Origin: Eledone cirrhosa
Lineage: Eukaryota
NCBI GenBank assembly: GCA_964016885.1
Contig: OZ024745.1
Span: 28,148,001-28,212,000, forward strand
Direction: 5' to 3'
Length of the DNA: 64,000 nt
In this document: positions 1-13,337 of the stretch, piece after piece
Numbering within the stretch: the first letter of the stretch is position 1
How the letters are laid out: the number at the start of each line of letters is the position of its first letter
The notes under the pieces: generated by a model
The model's database searches: none
What the model was told of the DNA's origin: nothing
What the model saw: only the letters and a program-made list of their open reading frames with translations
Made by a program: the position numbers and the translations under genes

Positions 1-318
1 GTATTATATTGTGTATTGTGCTGCGTATTATATTGTGTATTCTGTTGTGTATTGTGTTGTGTATTATATTGTGTATTGTGTTGTGTATTGTGTTGTGTAT
101 TGTGCTGTGTATTGTGTTCTGTATTATATTGTGTATTGTGCTGTGTATTGTGCTGTGTATTGTGTTGTGTATTGTGTTGTGTATTGTGCTGTGTATTGTG
201 CTGCGTATTATATTGTGTATTGTGTTGTGTATTGTGTTGTGTATTATATTGTGTATTGTGTTGTGTATTGTGCTGTGTATTGTGTGTGTATTGTGCTTTG
301 TATTGTGCTGTGTATTGT
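1..318. repeat. 12-bp minisatellite (GTATTGTG[T/C]TGT)n, open at the window edge
   Basis: Directly visible tandem 12-mers with a few variants (GTATTATATTGT). It explains the CIVL/YCVV ORFs. Confidence 0.95.
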
Positions 319-948
319 TTCCATCTTTAATTTCTATTTTGCAGGGATTTTGTATCTGATAGCTGTGAAGTTTAGTAACGGTTTTCTATGTAATTTAATT
401 TTGCAATTTTTCCATGATGAACCGGCGGGAGCAAATCGTAGTACAACTCACGCGAATATATGAAAAAGGAAATCTATTGAAGTAGATGAGATTAGCACAG
501 ACTCTTGCCTTCCATACAACATGCTTAAACGAAAAGATGTTCCTCATATTTGCACATATAAAACTATGTTATAAAAGAGCAAAAATGAAAAATGTACGAT
601 AACATTCCGCAGAAATTGATGGATCTCCAAATATACAGATATAAGCAAAATTCTTTAGCAAATCACTATGTTTAACAGATTTATTAAATTATGTATAACT
701 GGATTCTTGATAATACATCTCTTTCACGGAAAATTAAGTGCAGCAATGCAAATATAAACACAAAGGATAAATCGCACAGGAAGAAAAATACTGTATAACA
801 TATACTTTTCCCAAATTAAATTACGTTTCTCAGCTGAAATGTGACCAACACAGAAAAGAAATTACTTTACCGATCGCTAGAAAATAGAAGTAAAAACAGA
901 AGAAACAAAGACGATAAAGGTCATTGGTTGCTCTAAGCTGAATGAAAT

Positions 949-1053
949 CAGGGCTGGATTTATAGCGGGGCAGACGGGGCATTTACCCCAGGCACCTCAC
1001 CAACAGGGGGCCCTATCGGTACAGATGGGTCCTAGCAAGATAAATGCGCCCTG
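949..1053. mobile_element. Small MITE with CAGGG termini (hAT-like)
   Basis: Starts CAGGGCTGGATTTAT and ends ATAAATGCGCCCTG (imperfect TIR). GC-rich island, no TSD seen. Confidence 0.45.
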
Positions 1054-1260
1054 GAATTGCCAAAGGCAGAGGAGTTTTTTGGTTTTATCTTTTAGACATA
1101 CCAGAACAATATTTCTAACAAAAATCTCATGAATCTAATGTTTTATGCAAGAATATGGCGTATATGTCTATGTATGTGTGTGAGTGTGGGCGTACTTATA
1201 ATTGTATGTGTGTGTGGAACTACTTATAATTGTATGTGTGTGTGTGTGGAAGTACTTATA

Positions 1261-1394
<134 letters not shown>

Positions 1395-1971
1395 TGTGTG
1401 TGATTTTAAGTATGTTCTTGCAGACAAACATCGCACCGACCTAGGCACAGCATCTGTCACCCGCTCCTCTTCCCCCTCTATATCCTTTTCTTCACATTTA
1501 TGGCATTGGGTTGTATAGAAGGAAAGAAAGAGTGAGAGTGGTGAAACGACCTTCAGTACATGACTGTTTCCTCATTGTCAGTAAAGATTTCATTAGAAAT
1601 GATGGCCTCCCCACATGGAGAAGGCATTTTCCCGATGGTCCTTTTCTCTACTTTCCTATGCAACCAAATCTCCTCTTCTTTACCCTTTACTCTTTGTTTC
1701 TTCATCAATTAATTTTGGTTTTATCTTTTTTTTTTTATATTTCCATCATTGTATAATTATTTAAAACTCTGTTTTACTGATTTATTAAGGACCCAGAAAT
1801 GCAGATGACATAGGCAACATGTCTACTGGAGCAAGCATATCAACAGGCTAATATTGTGTAAAACATAGTTGACATATGAATTAATTAAATCATAGCTAAA
1901 CTTAAAATTGTCAAATTCCAAGGTTAGTGATATGAACTTTTGACCTATGCTATTTGAAAGAATGGTCAAAT

Positions 1972-2023
<52 letters not shown>

Positions 2024-2317
2024 CTCTCTCTCTCTCTCACACACACTCCTATTTCTTTCTCTATTTCTACCTCTTTTTCATGTTTAAGACAACAAACTCA
2101 CACCTCAAAGCAGTTGCTATCGAAAAATGTTAGTTCACATTATATTGGTTCTCTCAAAAAATAGCTGAAGTAACTGAGTTGGCATGTCTATTTTTTTCTC
2201 TTTTCCTGACTTTTTTTTTTTGTATCTTAATATTAAAAACAGTAAATATGATCATAGAAATCCCGTTTACCAATAACCCACATAAGAATAAGTTTTAAAC
2301 TTCAACTAAAGACTTAG

Positions 2318-2452
2318 GTGCTGAGCTGGCCAGCCGCAGGTGTGAGCCTCGCGAGCTGGAATGTCTTTTCCAGCGCGTCTCCCTTACCGTCCTCCGGGGA
2401 AACGCCTTCTCCATTCTGTCCGCCGGGGCTGTGGGGAGGCCACCAATATGAT
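2318..2452 (+). mobile_element. 3' fragment of a CRE-like non-LTR retrotransposon (RLE-domain C-terminus)
   Basis: Translates to ELASRRCEPRELECLFQRVSLTVLRGNAFSILS, matching the CRE-type terminal motif LFQRxSxxxxRGNAxxI. Confidence 0.7.
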
Positions 2453-3038
2453 TGACTGACTTGTCATTTTATCAGTCAGATGTTCTAATAGTTGAAATCA
2501 TGTAACCTATGAATCTATTTAAACATAAGCATAGATACATATATGAGTGTAGCCCACCTTCAACCATATGACGCAATGAATGAATGAATTTAAGAAATAA
2601 TCATTAATCAGAGCTATATAAAATTATAAGTTTGAAGAAGAGGCAGATAAGTTTGAAGAGGCAGCGGGTCTATGCTCCCCACCCCCTCATAATTATATTT
2701 TTTCTCTAAACAACCAAAACACACATCCATTTAAATATGCGCTACAATTTATCTACAAGTTATGTGTATCGTATATCAAAGTTTTCTGACCATTTTAGAG
2801 TCCAAAGAGTTAAACTAATCACTGCAACTAAATTGTCCAAATTTGCACCACACCCCCACCCACCCCACGTCCAATTCAGAAGTACTTCCACCGCCACTGG
2901 TTTACCCATAGTTGGGGTGGATCGCCGTTGACTCTGAGGAGTTCATTCGCCCTTTTATCAGCTCTTGATTTGTGTGCTGCTGTGGTTCCACTTACCCTCT
3001 CCAGAGCCGGTTTAGTCGCCGACCGCTTGACCATGAAA

Positions 3039-3101
3039 CAAGTACTACTAGCAAGTACTACATGGTACTACTAGCAAGTACTACATGGTACTACTAGCAA
3101 G
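3039..3101. repeat. 23-bp tandem repeat, about 2.7 copies
   Basis: Unit CAAGTACTACATGGTACTACTAG repeated directly. Confidence 0.85.
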
Positions 3102-3448
3102 CAGAAGCCTGACCTGACACCAGAGCTATGTAGTATAGAAATAACACATGTTTATCACTAATGTTCCAAGCGATCTCAGAAATAACTAACTAAATGTGCC
3201 ATATGTCCACCTTAGACGTAAAAGGTTTGTATAGCAACATTCCAACGGTTGTGAGGAATATGATTGTTCTGCCTAGTCAAGCCAGTCTTTATACACATCC
3301 TAAAACACAGAGTAGGTTTGATGGGAATATACGATCGAAGCATAAACAAATTTAAAGAAAAATATATCAGTGGACCAAGATATTTCAGAGTGAATAAATG
3401 GTTAAGTACTCTTAGATTCCTTTAAAATATAAAGCAATTGAAATAAAC

Positions 3449-3907
3449 ATAAGGTCACATCGTAAGCTGTTGTGACAAAGATAAGGTCACATCGTAAGCT
3501 GTTGTGACAAAGATAAGGTCACATCGTAAGCTGTTGTGACAAAGATAAGGTCACATCGTAAGTTGTTATAACAAAGATAAGGTCACATCGTAAGCTGTTG
3601 TGACAAAGATAAGGTCACATCGTAAGCTGTTGTGACAAAGATAAGGTTACATCGTAAGCTGTTATAACAAAGATAAGGTCACATCGTAAGCTGTTGTGAC
3701 AAAGATAGGGTTACATCGTAAGCTGTTATAACAAAGATAAGGTCACATCGTAAGCTGTTGTGACAAAGATAAGGCCACATCGTAAGTTGTTATAACAAAG
3801 ATAAGGTCACATCGTAAGCTGTTGTGACAAATATAAGGTCACATCGTAAGCTGTTGTGACAAAGATAAGGTTACATCGTAAGCTGTTATAACAAAGATAA
3901 GGTCACA
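3449..3907. repeat. 32-bp minisatellite, about 14.3 copies
   Basis: Unit ATAAGGTCACATCGTAAGCTGTTGTGACAAAG, head-to-tail with no spacers. Confidence 0.97.
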
Positions 3908-4039
3908 AACGATCGTAAAATAATGTATTAATTACTACCTCACTTCATTTTTGTGATTGTTTCATTTTTGAACATTATGTGTATATAGATATGTACGATG
4001 TCAACATGAATGGACCTGTTATTTTTATCTAAAGACATT

Positions 4040-4225
4040 TTTTCCAATTCCAACCCGCTCGTCCCCTCAATCTATCTTATTTCTCATTCTTTCTTCTGAT
4101 GAAGGACTAGTGTCCGAAACGTTAAGACCCTCTTCCTGCTATATCAAGGGTTAACCTAATATATCCCTTCCATATACTGTACCGATTGTGTTATTATTTC
4201 CGTTTACCTTTTACATACATATATA
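4040..4225 (+). mobile_element. About 190-bp hammerhead-bearing pLTR-like element ending in a TA tract
   Basis: A homologous copy lies in the opposite orientation at about 15355-15545. Both carry the hammerhead motif and abut TA-rich microsatellite. Confidence 0.7.
4092..4127 (+). ncRNA. Minimal type I hammerhead ribozyme (Penelope-like pLTR type)
   Basis: Reads TCTT-CTGATGA-A-GGAC(TAGT)GTCC-GAAA-C-GTT-AAGA. Stem I is TCTT/AAGA, stem II has 4 bp, stem III is the palindrome ACGT, and the cleavage triplet is GUU. Confidence 0.8.
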
Positions 4226-4311
4226 TATAACGAAGGAGGTGTGGTAAGAAACCAGATGGACCATAACGCACCAGAGTACTCAATACTTAGGGTAGTAGAG
4301 TGGGTAATAGA

Positions 4312-4429
4312 AAAATGTTTGACCCCGTCGGCAGAGCTCAAGCCGTTTCGACGGCTATTTCTGGACTCTAGAAAGTCCAGAAATAGCCGTCGAAACGGCT
4401 TGAGCTCTGCCGTCGGGGTCAAACATTTT
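4312..4429. repeat. Fold-back palindrome, 56-bp arms, 6-nt loop
   Basis: 4312-4367 is the reverse complement of 4374-4429 with one mismatch. (TA)n follows. Confidence 0.95.
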
Positions 4430-4806
4430 CATATATATATATATATATATAAGTTAAAACAATGAAATAAAAAATCAAGTCATTAGAGATATACTTCACT
4501 GCTTTACGATCGTTTCTAGGTAATGATAATACATCGTAACTATACATTTTCAACATATGGATTACATTGAGTTCTTCATGCAGACTAGACCCCACAACTT
4601 ACCGTGGATATCTCTGTGTATATATATATATATGGATATAGAGATTTTGTATGTGTGTGTGAGAGAGTGAGAAAATCCCGGGTTCGATCGGGGATAACCA
4701 CAGTCAGTAAGGTACTCAATACAGAAGTAGAGTGTAAACATCATAAAGGGCTTCTACAGGACTAGAACTATTTCATCCATTTCTATATTAAACAAAATGT
4801 GCGTGC

Positions 4807-4845
<39 letters not shown>

Positions 4846-4894
4846 CGTGTGTGTGTGTGTGCGTGTGTGCGTGTGTGCGTGTGTGTGTGCGTGC

Positions 4895-4936
<42 letters not shown>

Positions 4937-4972
4937 GTGTGTGTGTCTGTGTGTGTCTGTGTGTGTGTGTGT

Positions 4973-5009
<37 letters not shown>

Positions 5010-5327
5010 CATTGTATACTGTGTATACATTTATTAGAGAATTGGTGTATGGTTTAAGCCACATGTGTGACTCACACATGTGGCTGGTGTTTGTTTTTGT
5101 TGTTTTGTTTTGTTTGTTTTTTATTTCATCTAAGCCTGTTCACTCGGTCATGCTCCTTCCTCTTTCTCACAATTCAAAATGACATCTACTTGTTGGTCGC
5201 TGATCATCCACGTTGGTGAGTGTTGTAGAGGGAGCGGGAGACATGGAGGGAGGGACAGAGAGAGGCAGGGAGGGAGAAAGGGAAGAATAGAGAGAGGGCG
5301 AGAGACAGGGATAGAAAGGGAGAGAGA

Positions 5328-5362
<35 letters not shown>

Positions 5363-5759
5363 ACAGAGAGAGAGAAAGGGAAGAACAGAGAGAGAGGGAG
5401 AGAAGAAGAACGAAGAAAGAGAGAAATATACATTGAATGAAAGAGCTAGAAAATTAAACAAAATTACTGAGTGTTGCAGAGGGAGGGGAAGTCATGGCGA
5501 GAAAGAAAGGGAAGAAGAGAGAGAGTGTGTGCGTGAGAGAGAGGGGGCAGAGAGAGAGGAGGGGCACAGAGAGAGGGCGGAGAGGGAAAAGAGAGGAATA
5601 GAGATTGAATGAAGGAGATAGAAAATTAAACAAAGAAACGACAGATGAAAGAATTGGACATGGAGAAATATAAAGTTTTAAAATTTGTAGATGTGAATAT
5701 ATGCGCGCGCACCTATTGATTCAGTGTGTGGCGTGTGGCTGTTTCCGGAAGTAGCTGCT

Positions 5760-6265
5760 TTCTCACAAGTGAGTGTGTGTCTATGTGTGTGAGAGTGTAG
5801 TTGTGTGTATATGCATAAGCGTGTGCATGTCTGTTCCTTTGAGCGTGTTTATGTGTGTTTGTATATGGGTGTGTGCATATGTGTATGAGTACGTGTGTGT
5901 GAGTACGTGTGTATGAATGTGTGCTTTGTGTATGTGTACATGTGCGTGTGTGTGTGTGCATGTACATGCAACAGTCTGTGTGTGATGTGCGTGCAATTGT
6001 ATGTGTGTACATGTGCTTGTAACTGTGTGTGTGTGTGTACATGTGCTTGCAACTGTGTGTGTGTGTGTGTGTGTGTACATAAGCTTGCAACTGTGTGCGT
6101 GTCGAAGTGTGTACAACTGTGTGTGTGTGTGTACATAAGCTTGCTACTGTGTGTGTGTCGAAGTGTGTACAACTGTGTGTGAGTGTGTGTGTGTGTACAT
6201 AAGCTTGCTACTGTGTGTGTGTCGAAATATGTACAATTGTGTGTGTGTGTGTCGAAGTGTGTAAG
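5760..6265. repeat. Degenerate TG-rich satellite with GTACATAAGCTTGC / GTCGAAGTGTGTACAAC subunits
   Basis: Recurring subunits embedded in TG runs. GA-rich low-complexity sequence precedes it at about 5230-5630. Confidence 0.8.
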
Positions 6266-6623
6266 TGTTAGACGCCATAATTAAAACAGGTGCTGTATGC
6301 TCTCAACTCGGTTAAAATACATGTGAGTGTTTCTGGTGACAGTTTCCATGGTAACTTTGTTTCTTTTGAACCCTAACATAAAATGATATCAAGCCTTACA
6401 TCTCAAGAGCCTGAGATGTTCATCATTCTCACACTGATTTGTTGTTGCTATATCGTTTCCTTAATAAATTAATCCTCTCCAATATAAGAGAATGGACTGA
6501 AAAATTTATGAGCTGACTATGAAACTATGAAGGAGTGATGCTAGAGCTATGAAATCTTACAAAAAAATCTAACCACGTTCATTTTAAGTGCACTTTCCAC
6601 ACTGACGTGTGTTGGACGGATTG

Positions 6624-6657
<34 letters not shown>

Positions 6658-6676
6658 AGTGTGTGTATGTATGTAC

Positions 6677-6710
<34 letters not shown>

Positions 6711-6909
6711 CTGTGTGTCTGTGTGTGTGTATATGTGTGTGTATATATATATATATATACACGGGTGTGTATGATTGTGTATAGAAGATTATATTAATAA
6801 GAGGAATTCCAACTTTGTCTGATTTACTCGTTTTATTTACAATCCTTTAAAATTTATAATGCTATTATAATGAAATAGTATGATAGAATATTAAATGTTA
6901 AGTGTTAAT

Positions 6910-6948
6910 TGAACAAGTACTTTCATGCTTTCGCAATCTTCAGGTTCA
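6910..6948 (-). ncRNA. Minimal hammerhead ribozyme (mirror copy)
   Basis: Exact reverse complement of 7029-7067. Confidence 0.8.
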
Positions 6949-7028
6949 TAATGTGTGGTGACAGTCAAGTTTGTAATTTTCAACTGAGAACAGTTGAAAA
7001 TTACAAACTTGACTGTCACCACACATTA

Positions 7029-7067
7029 TGAACCTGAAGATTGCGAAAGCATGAAAGTACTTGTTCA
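7029..7067 (+). ncRNA. Minimal type I hammerhead ribozyme
   Basis: Reads TGAAC-CTGAAGA-T-TGC(GAAA)GCA-T-GAAA-GTAC-TT-GTTCA. It has a 5-bp stem I, a GNRA-capped stem II, a palindromic stem III (AGTACT) and a CUU triplet. Confidence 0.82.
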
Positions 7068-7182
7068 ATTAACACTTAACATTTAATATTCTATCATACT
7101 ATTTCATTATAATAGCATTATAAATTTTAAAGGATTGTAAATAAAACGAGTAAATCAGACAAAGTTGGAATTCCTCTTATTA

Positions 7183-7291
<109 letters not shown>

Positions 7292-7327
7292 TCGTTTTTC
7301 AATTTGCTCTGCAAGATTTCTTATCTG

Positions 7328-7520
7328 TAACGCATGCGCAAACCAAGCACAACACACAACACACAAAAACAAGATGGTGTAGGACAGAACAAAGGAGAGA
7401 GACAGGAAAAAAAAAACAGTCACTGAGGAGATCACAGAATGTGTGGCGAAAAAGCTTTGACAATATATAAACGACCATCCGGTTAACGTACCAACCAACC
7501 AAGTAGAAATTTATAATAAA
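7328..7520 (+). mobile_element. Penelope-like pLTR fragment interrupted by the Helitron (continues at 11115-11137)
   Basis: Homologous to 30672-30920, which follows a GIY-YIG relic. Contains a hammerhead motif. Confidence 0.7.
7419..7460 (+). ncRNA. Minimal hammerhead ribozyme, slightly decayed
   Basis: Reads GTCA-CTGAGGA-G-ATCACAGAATGTGTGGC-GAAA-AGC-TT-TGAC, with stem I GTCA/TGAC. The homologue at 30761-30803 has the clean stem II GTCACA/TGTGAC. Confidence 0.65.
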
Positions 7521-10500
7521 CTAGCAGTTTAGCCCGGCGTTGCTCGGGTTTGATCATTTGCTATGAAAAGTTACGTACAGGTAAACGTGGCTTGAAAGCG
7601 AATAAGCTTAGCAATTAAGTGCATAAAGCAGTTGAACCGGTTATTAAAAGTTGGGTTAATAATCCGGTTATTAAATGATGGGTTAATAATCCTCCAATAG
7701 CGAATTTAGCAGACCAAAGTTGCAAGATGGTGGCCCTGATGCCGCTGGGTGTCAGATCTGTCCGCCATGGGTGACCCTACCAGGAAATAGTTTTCTAGAC
7801 GGCATAGCTCCAACACCTCCAACACCTGCACCAACACCTATAGCACCTCTTTGTAGACGATATTGCGTGTCATCCCTTGAGGAGTATAAGCAAAAAGTCC
7901 ATTCCTGCTACCTACGCGGGAACAGGCAACATAAAGTTGGCCATGGGAGAAGCATGGCTCCCCCAAATGGATACCCGCCACCGACAATGTTTGCCCTTGT
8001 GATTTGTTAATGGACATGGCAAAACATGGTCTCACCGGGAATTGGGATCGCCGGAAATCGAACGGGATATCTGAGGCCGAGGGGAAAAGGTTCATCCTTG
8101 GAATGAAAACATTCTCCCCTCTCCCACTCCCCGTTACAATGGTGGCCTCAATCAAGTGGGGCGTCATTTACTTGACGACCATGCGAGTACCGTTGCACTG
8201 CTTTGGTGGACGCAAGTTCCTTATTAGCATAATGAGACAGCCAACCCTAAGCTTAAGATGTGAGGTGGGAGCCCTGGGGCTCAAGGGAATTTAATAACTC
8301 AACCGGATAATTAACGATATCGTCGGGGTCTGACGTCCGGTCGATAGATTTGAAGATGTGCTCTTTACCGGGAATCTTCTCAATCAGCTGCTCGTTAATA
8401 AAATTAACCATGGCATTTTTCGGAGCAAGGTTTTTAAAGTTATATGAGACATTAGGAAAAACTGCTTCCCAAAGGTCAGAAGGGCTGCTCACAATGTTGC
8501 ACAGGGAGTCGATTGCTATACCGCCCTTGTCATCCGCAGGGACCTTGCCCTCACCAAGTGCTAAAATATTCTGAGCAAATGCTGCAGACATGTCACCATG
8601 CAAATGAGCACGCATATTTGTGCTCAGGTACAAACTCTTCACCTGGGACCACAACATGGACAACTTAAGGCAGGCACGCACTTCATCAGCTCTTTCCTTT
8701 TGGGAATGACAGGCAGCGTTTGCCGAAAATCCCCTGATAGCAGAAGGGTTACGCCACTCATAGGAGCCGTAGAATCCCTAATGTCTTTCAGGGTCCTGTC
8801 CAATGCCGCAAGGGGACCCTTGTGTGCCATTGTGCACTCATCCCAAACAATGAGGCAACATTTTTTGAGAACCAGAACTTCGTGTGAGCTCTTGCTGATA
8901 TTGCATGTTGGTGTCTCAGTTTTTACTAAATCCAAGGGGAGTTTAAAGGTTGAATGTGCTATCCTGTCTCCCGGCAGCAAAGTAGCAGCGGCCAACGCAA
9001 TTTTTTTCTCCTGTCGAATCTTAGCGAGAATCAATTTTTTAACAAAAGTTTTTCCGGTTCTCCCAGGAGCATCGATAAAGTAAATACCCCCCGTCTGATT
9101 TTAAACCGCGTCAATGATAGTTAAATACGCCAATCTTTGGTCCGACAGAAGTTTGGGTTCATTTTCCTCTAAGTATTGGGAAAGAGATTCGATGTCATAT
9201 GCTGTTTCCCGCAACAAATTCGGGGCCAACGTGTTAGCTTCATCTGTGACGGTTGACGGCAAGCCATACGTCGCCAACTCACTCCCACCCATGTCGAGGA
9301 GGGCGTCCTCGATATCAATGAGTGCCCTGTTGTAGATAATGTCGCTGTAACCAACTTCCACTGAAGGATACTGCAGATAAGCCAGGCGCAAGAAATCCGC
9401 AGACATGAAGTCTCTGTACTTGACCCATAAAGATTTGGGATCACCCAATTCACACTTTTGAAGCAAAATGGCAAAGAGTTCCCGTAAACCTTTAGGTGAT
9501 TTCAGCAAAGCACCATCTGCTAAAGTGGAATCCCATTGCAAATCATCTTCCAAAAGGCCACGCTTAAAGCAGGCTTCCCGGTACGTATCAAATATTTCTC
9601 CATCAACAGTTTTGAGGTCCTGAAAACTTTGTGGGCCTACAACTTCATGCAGAAGAAGGCAGAGATGAAAGCACTCATGCTGACTTAGGGGTACAGTGTA
9701 AACCCTTCGAAGACAGCTGTCAAATTTTACACCAGGATGTCTTTCAACAGCCTGACCTGACTTTCTTCGTACCCAAGTTTTTTTTTCGACCATATAAAGT
9801 AGGATGGAACCTGGAGGTACACAATTGTTTGCGCAAATGTATCGAACTGGCAAAGTTTGAAGAAACCCGTCAGAGTGGTCTCTTTCGGATCGGCGGCCAG
9901 CTTGGCGATGATTTGGTCCGTAAAGTAAACCCTTTGCCCATTTTCCAAATGTACCGCAAGCTGTACGATGGCGGGGTGCCGTTGGTGTAAGAGTAAACCA
10001 AATAGGCGTCAAAAAGCTTCATTGCTACTGATGTACCACCCCGCCAGGTATTCTGTGACCTCGTCCCTGCTATTTTCAGTTTGAAATGCGAACATTGCGG
10101 CATCAGAGCCCTTCTTTACATATTTGCATATGTATTTTATCGACTTGAGGGAGTTTCAAAACTCAACGTTGATGTGGGCGTTGAACATCTTCAAGAGAAG
10201 CGGGCAGTAAGGGACCACCCATCTATTGTCGACTTGACCTCCCTTTACTGTTGTGGTGAAGCCACCGTTCTCGAGCCGTCTCCGCCTGTACAGGGGGTAC
10301 CCGTCGCCACCAGTCTGAGTCTCGTCAACAAATCTTTTTGGGTATCCTTTACTGCACGACTCCCCTTTCAGACACGTGTGATGCACATTAGGACCCGACG
10401 CACACGGACCATGTTAGCTTTGACGATGTCATGTAATTCCTGGTCAGTTGCTGGGTTAGGGATTTCAGCCGAAATGAAGCTGTCTATGGCATTTGAATTG

Positions 10501-11114
10501 ATTTTATCAGTTAACCAAATAAAAATGTGAGCATGTGGTAGCCCTCGTTTTTGACATTCGACTATAAACATGTCACATTTTACAGCCCAAATACCTGACC
10601 CGTTTTGATTAAAGCCATGAGTTTAGCCAGTTTCAGTCTGAACACTCTGGCAATGAGGTCATGTCTGTTCGAATAATTTTGCCCAGGAAAAAGTTCACGG
10701 GTTATCTCAACCCATTCATATGTCTATAGCATTAATCTGTTATATGAGGTGTTATTTTGCGGGTTGTTATTTGCAATAAGACGATTTAAAATTCCCCAGA
10801 AAAGCTGTATGTCAATACGGAACGCCAATGACTCCCGCAGCAGTTAAATTATAGAGAGGGGGAATAATCTATTATAGAGAGAGGGAAGAGCCACGGAGAG
10901 AGTAAAGCTAAGAAACTATAGAGAGGTGTGTTAAACCTCAAAGCATGATCGATTTTTGCCCTTATTGTAGATTGATTTGAAATGTGTTTGCTTCATGACC
11001 TTCTCCTGACCAAAAGCAATAATTGTCCCGACTTTGAATAGAATCCGTTGGAAATTGTGGACGTGCATACGTTTCAAACCTTAACACACACTTCCTCAGC
11101 TTTATATATATAGA
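7521..11114 (-). mobile_element. Helitron with both termini, internally deleted and decayed
   Basis: On the minus strand it starts TCTATATATATAAAG (11114) and ends with the hairpin CCCGAGCAACGCCGGG followed by CTAG (7521). It is inserted between A and T, and has RepHel fragments inside. Confidence 0.93.
7838..10715 (-). pseudogene. Frameshifted Helitron Rep/PIF1-helicase (RepHel)
   Basis: HUH motif VECQKRGLPHAHI, plus CSKGYPK, NRWVVPY, Walker A DAPGRTGKT, IVWDECTM, GDFRQTLPV, FAMSINKSQGQT and FSHGQLYVACSRV, spread over several frames. Confidence 0.93.
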
Positions 11115-11136
11115 TTGAAGTGATGACCCTCCCAAA

Positions 11137-11373
<237 letters not shown>

Positions 11374-11472
11374 AGAGTTAAACAAGATTCAATGAATACA
11401 TCAAAGAATGAATACATCAATACATCAATAGATTGGAAGCACTTTACAAAAAAATGTTTTCCAGAGTTATTA

Positions 11473-11742
11473 ATATTAATTCAAAATATTAACATAATAG
11501 ATATTCTTGTGATCAATTATATTTTATTATACATATTTCAGAGGTACTGGTTAAGATTTAATCAAGGTAGTGACTACCTTGATTAAATCTTAACCATCTA
11601 CCATGTCAGGGTATGTCATGTATCATTTTATTTTATCTGATGAGGACGTACTGTTGAACTTAATTCAGTACCTCTGAAATATGTATAATAAAATATAATT
11701 GATCACAAGAATATCTATTTTGTTAATATTTTGAATTAATAT
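11473..11742. repeat. Nested fold-back: 77-bp outer arms, an inner hairpin and a decayed hammerhead
   Basis: 11473-11549 pairs with 11666-11742. An inner palindrome spans 11548-11596. CTGATGAG-GAC(GTACT)GTT-GAAC-TTAA-TTC lies at 11637-11666. Confidence 0.9.
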
Positions 11743-11828
11743 ATATATTTACTCTACAGTTCTTATATATTTGATATATATTTATCCTTATCGAGCCCTC
11801 TTTGGATTTTAGTCTTCAAATTTATTAA

Positions 11829-11903
<75 letters not shown>

Positions 11904-12334
11904 AAAAAGTATGGACGTTAGAAAACGCTCAATACAGATCACGTTATATAAGGAAAATGATTTTAAAAGAAAGGGTTTCAAAAGCACACTTGGTGTATAT
12001 ATAAAGGATATTTAGCCGACATTCATATAACATGTACAAAAATCGATGTTATACGAGGCTCGGCTGAAACGTTCAGAGGCTGACTATGAAGGAGTGGTGC
12101 TAGAGCTGTGAAATCTTGCATGCATTAATTTCAACTCTTCTTATTAATAATTGCACTGTTTCTTTCCAAATACTATATTGGGTAAAAAAGCACATTTGGT
12201 CATTCCATGAGAATATCTTGGTCGTAGTGTGTTTTATTTCTTCAAACTGTAATAAATAAACTGAGAATGCGAAATGACACAGCTGTAACTCAAATATCAC
12301 TGGCAGTCTTATTGTTTTTTTGATATTCCAAATA

Positions 12335-12555
12335 TTGGTTTCTGATTTAGGCACAAGGCCAACAATTTTAATGGAGGGAAACTCGTTTTAAATCAACCCC
12401 AGTGCATTACTGGTACATTATTTTATAGACACAGTAAGGGTGAAAGGCAAAGCTAACCTTGGCGGGATCTGAACTCAGAATTTAAATGACCGTAACTCTA
12501 TACCACGAAACAGTGTGTCCGACGCTCTACCGATTCTGCCAATTCACCGCCCTAA
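12335..12555 (-). mobile_element. tRNA-derived SINE, family A
   Basis: The minus strand has an A-box-like TGGCAGAATCGGTAG and a B-box-like GAGTTCAGATCCC. Further copies at about 20598-20800, 25700-25835, 37185-37372, 39618-39808 and 40095-40225. Confidence 0.85.
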
Positions 12556-13337
12556 AAGCCCCGAATAATAATGAATAAAACAATAATATTAAACTAAAAG
12601 AAAAGACTATGAAGATCTCTGCATGTATTAATTGATACTTATGAAATGTATTGATTATTGATATAGTACAAATGTTTATGTTATGAAAACACGTGCATAA
12701 CGAAATATGGATGAAAAGACAAAACACAACAAACACAAAAAACACTAAAAATCAAACATATAAATACCCTATAAATTTTGCAGAAAGCGAATGAATTTAA
12801 TAAGTCTAAAATACGAAGACCTGTGTGTATAAAAATGTGCAAACAATCTAAATGAAGGGCCGGACTTGACACCTCATGTGCTACAAATAAAATCGAAAAG
12901 ATATAGATGGACACGAGATGTATATGTTTCGATTCTATACAAAAATACACCAGCATATACGTATAAAATCTAAGAGAAAAATAACCCAGATTCTGATTAT
13001 AAAACCCAACAAACTAACCAATCTAAGAAGGTGTAGTGAAATCTGTCCGCGCCTTGAACCTTGGGTGACACCTAAAGGTCAAATTCTAGGTCATCACCTT
13101 TTTGGTGTGAACAGGCTCAACTTAGTATTTTTACAGTTTCATCTAAATGTTACACACACACACATGCATACACAGTTATACTATGTTTTTTCTTTCTCTC
13201 TCCAAATTTCTCTACACTCGAAATGCGGGCGCAGTACCCACATTTTGTGTATTTTGGGACACGCTTCTAGGAATCAGATTTCGCTACCCCTTTTATAATC
13301 GATCGCTGCTCCTGCATCGATATGGGTAGGTAACTAA

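Noticed and set aside
3449-3907. CRISPR-like array (32-bp partly palindromic repeats)
   Set aside because: The units are directly adjacent with no unique spacers, there are no cas genes, and the context is eukaryotic.
12440-12555. tRNA gene (A and B boxes present)
   Set aside because: No cloverleaf forms. It is the head of a multi-copy SINE.
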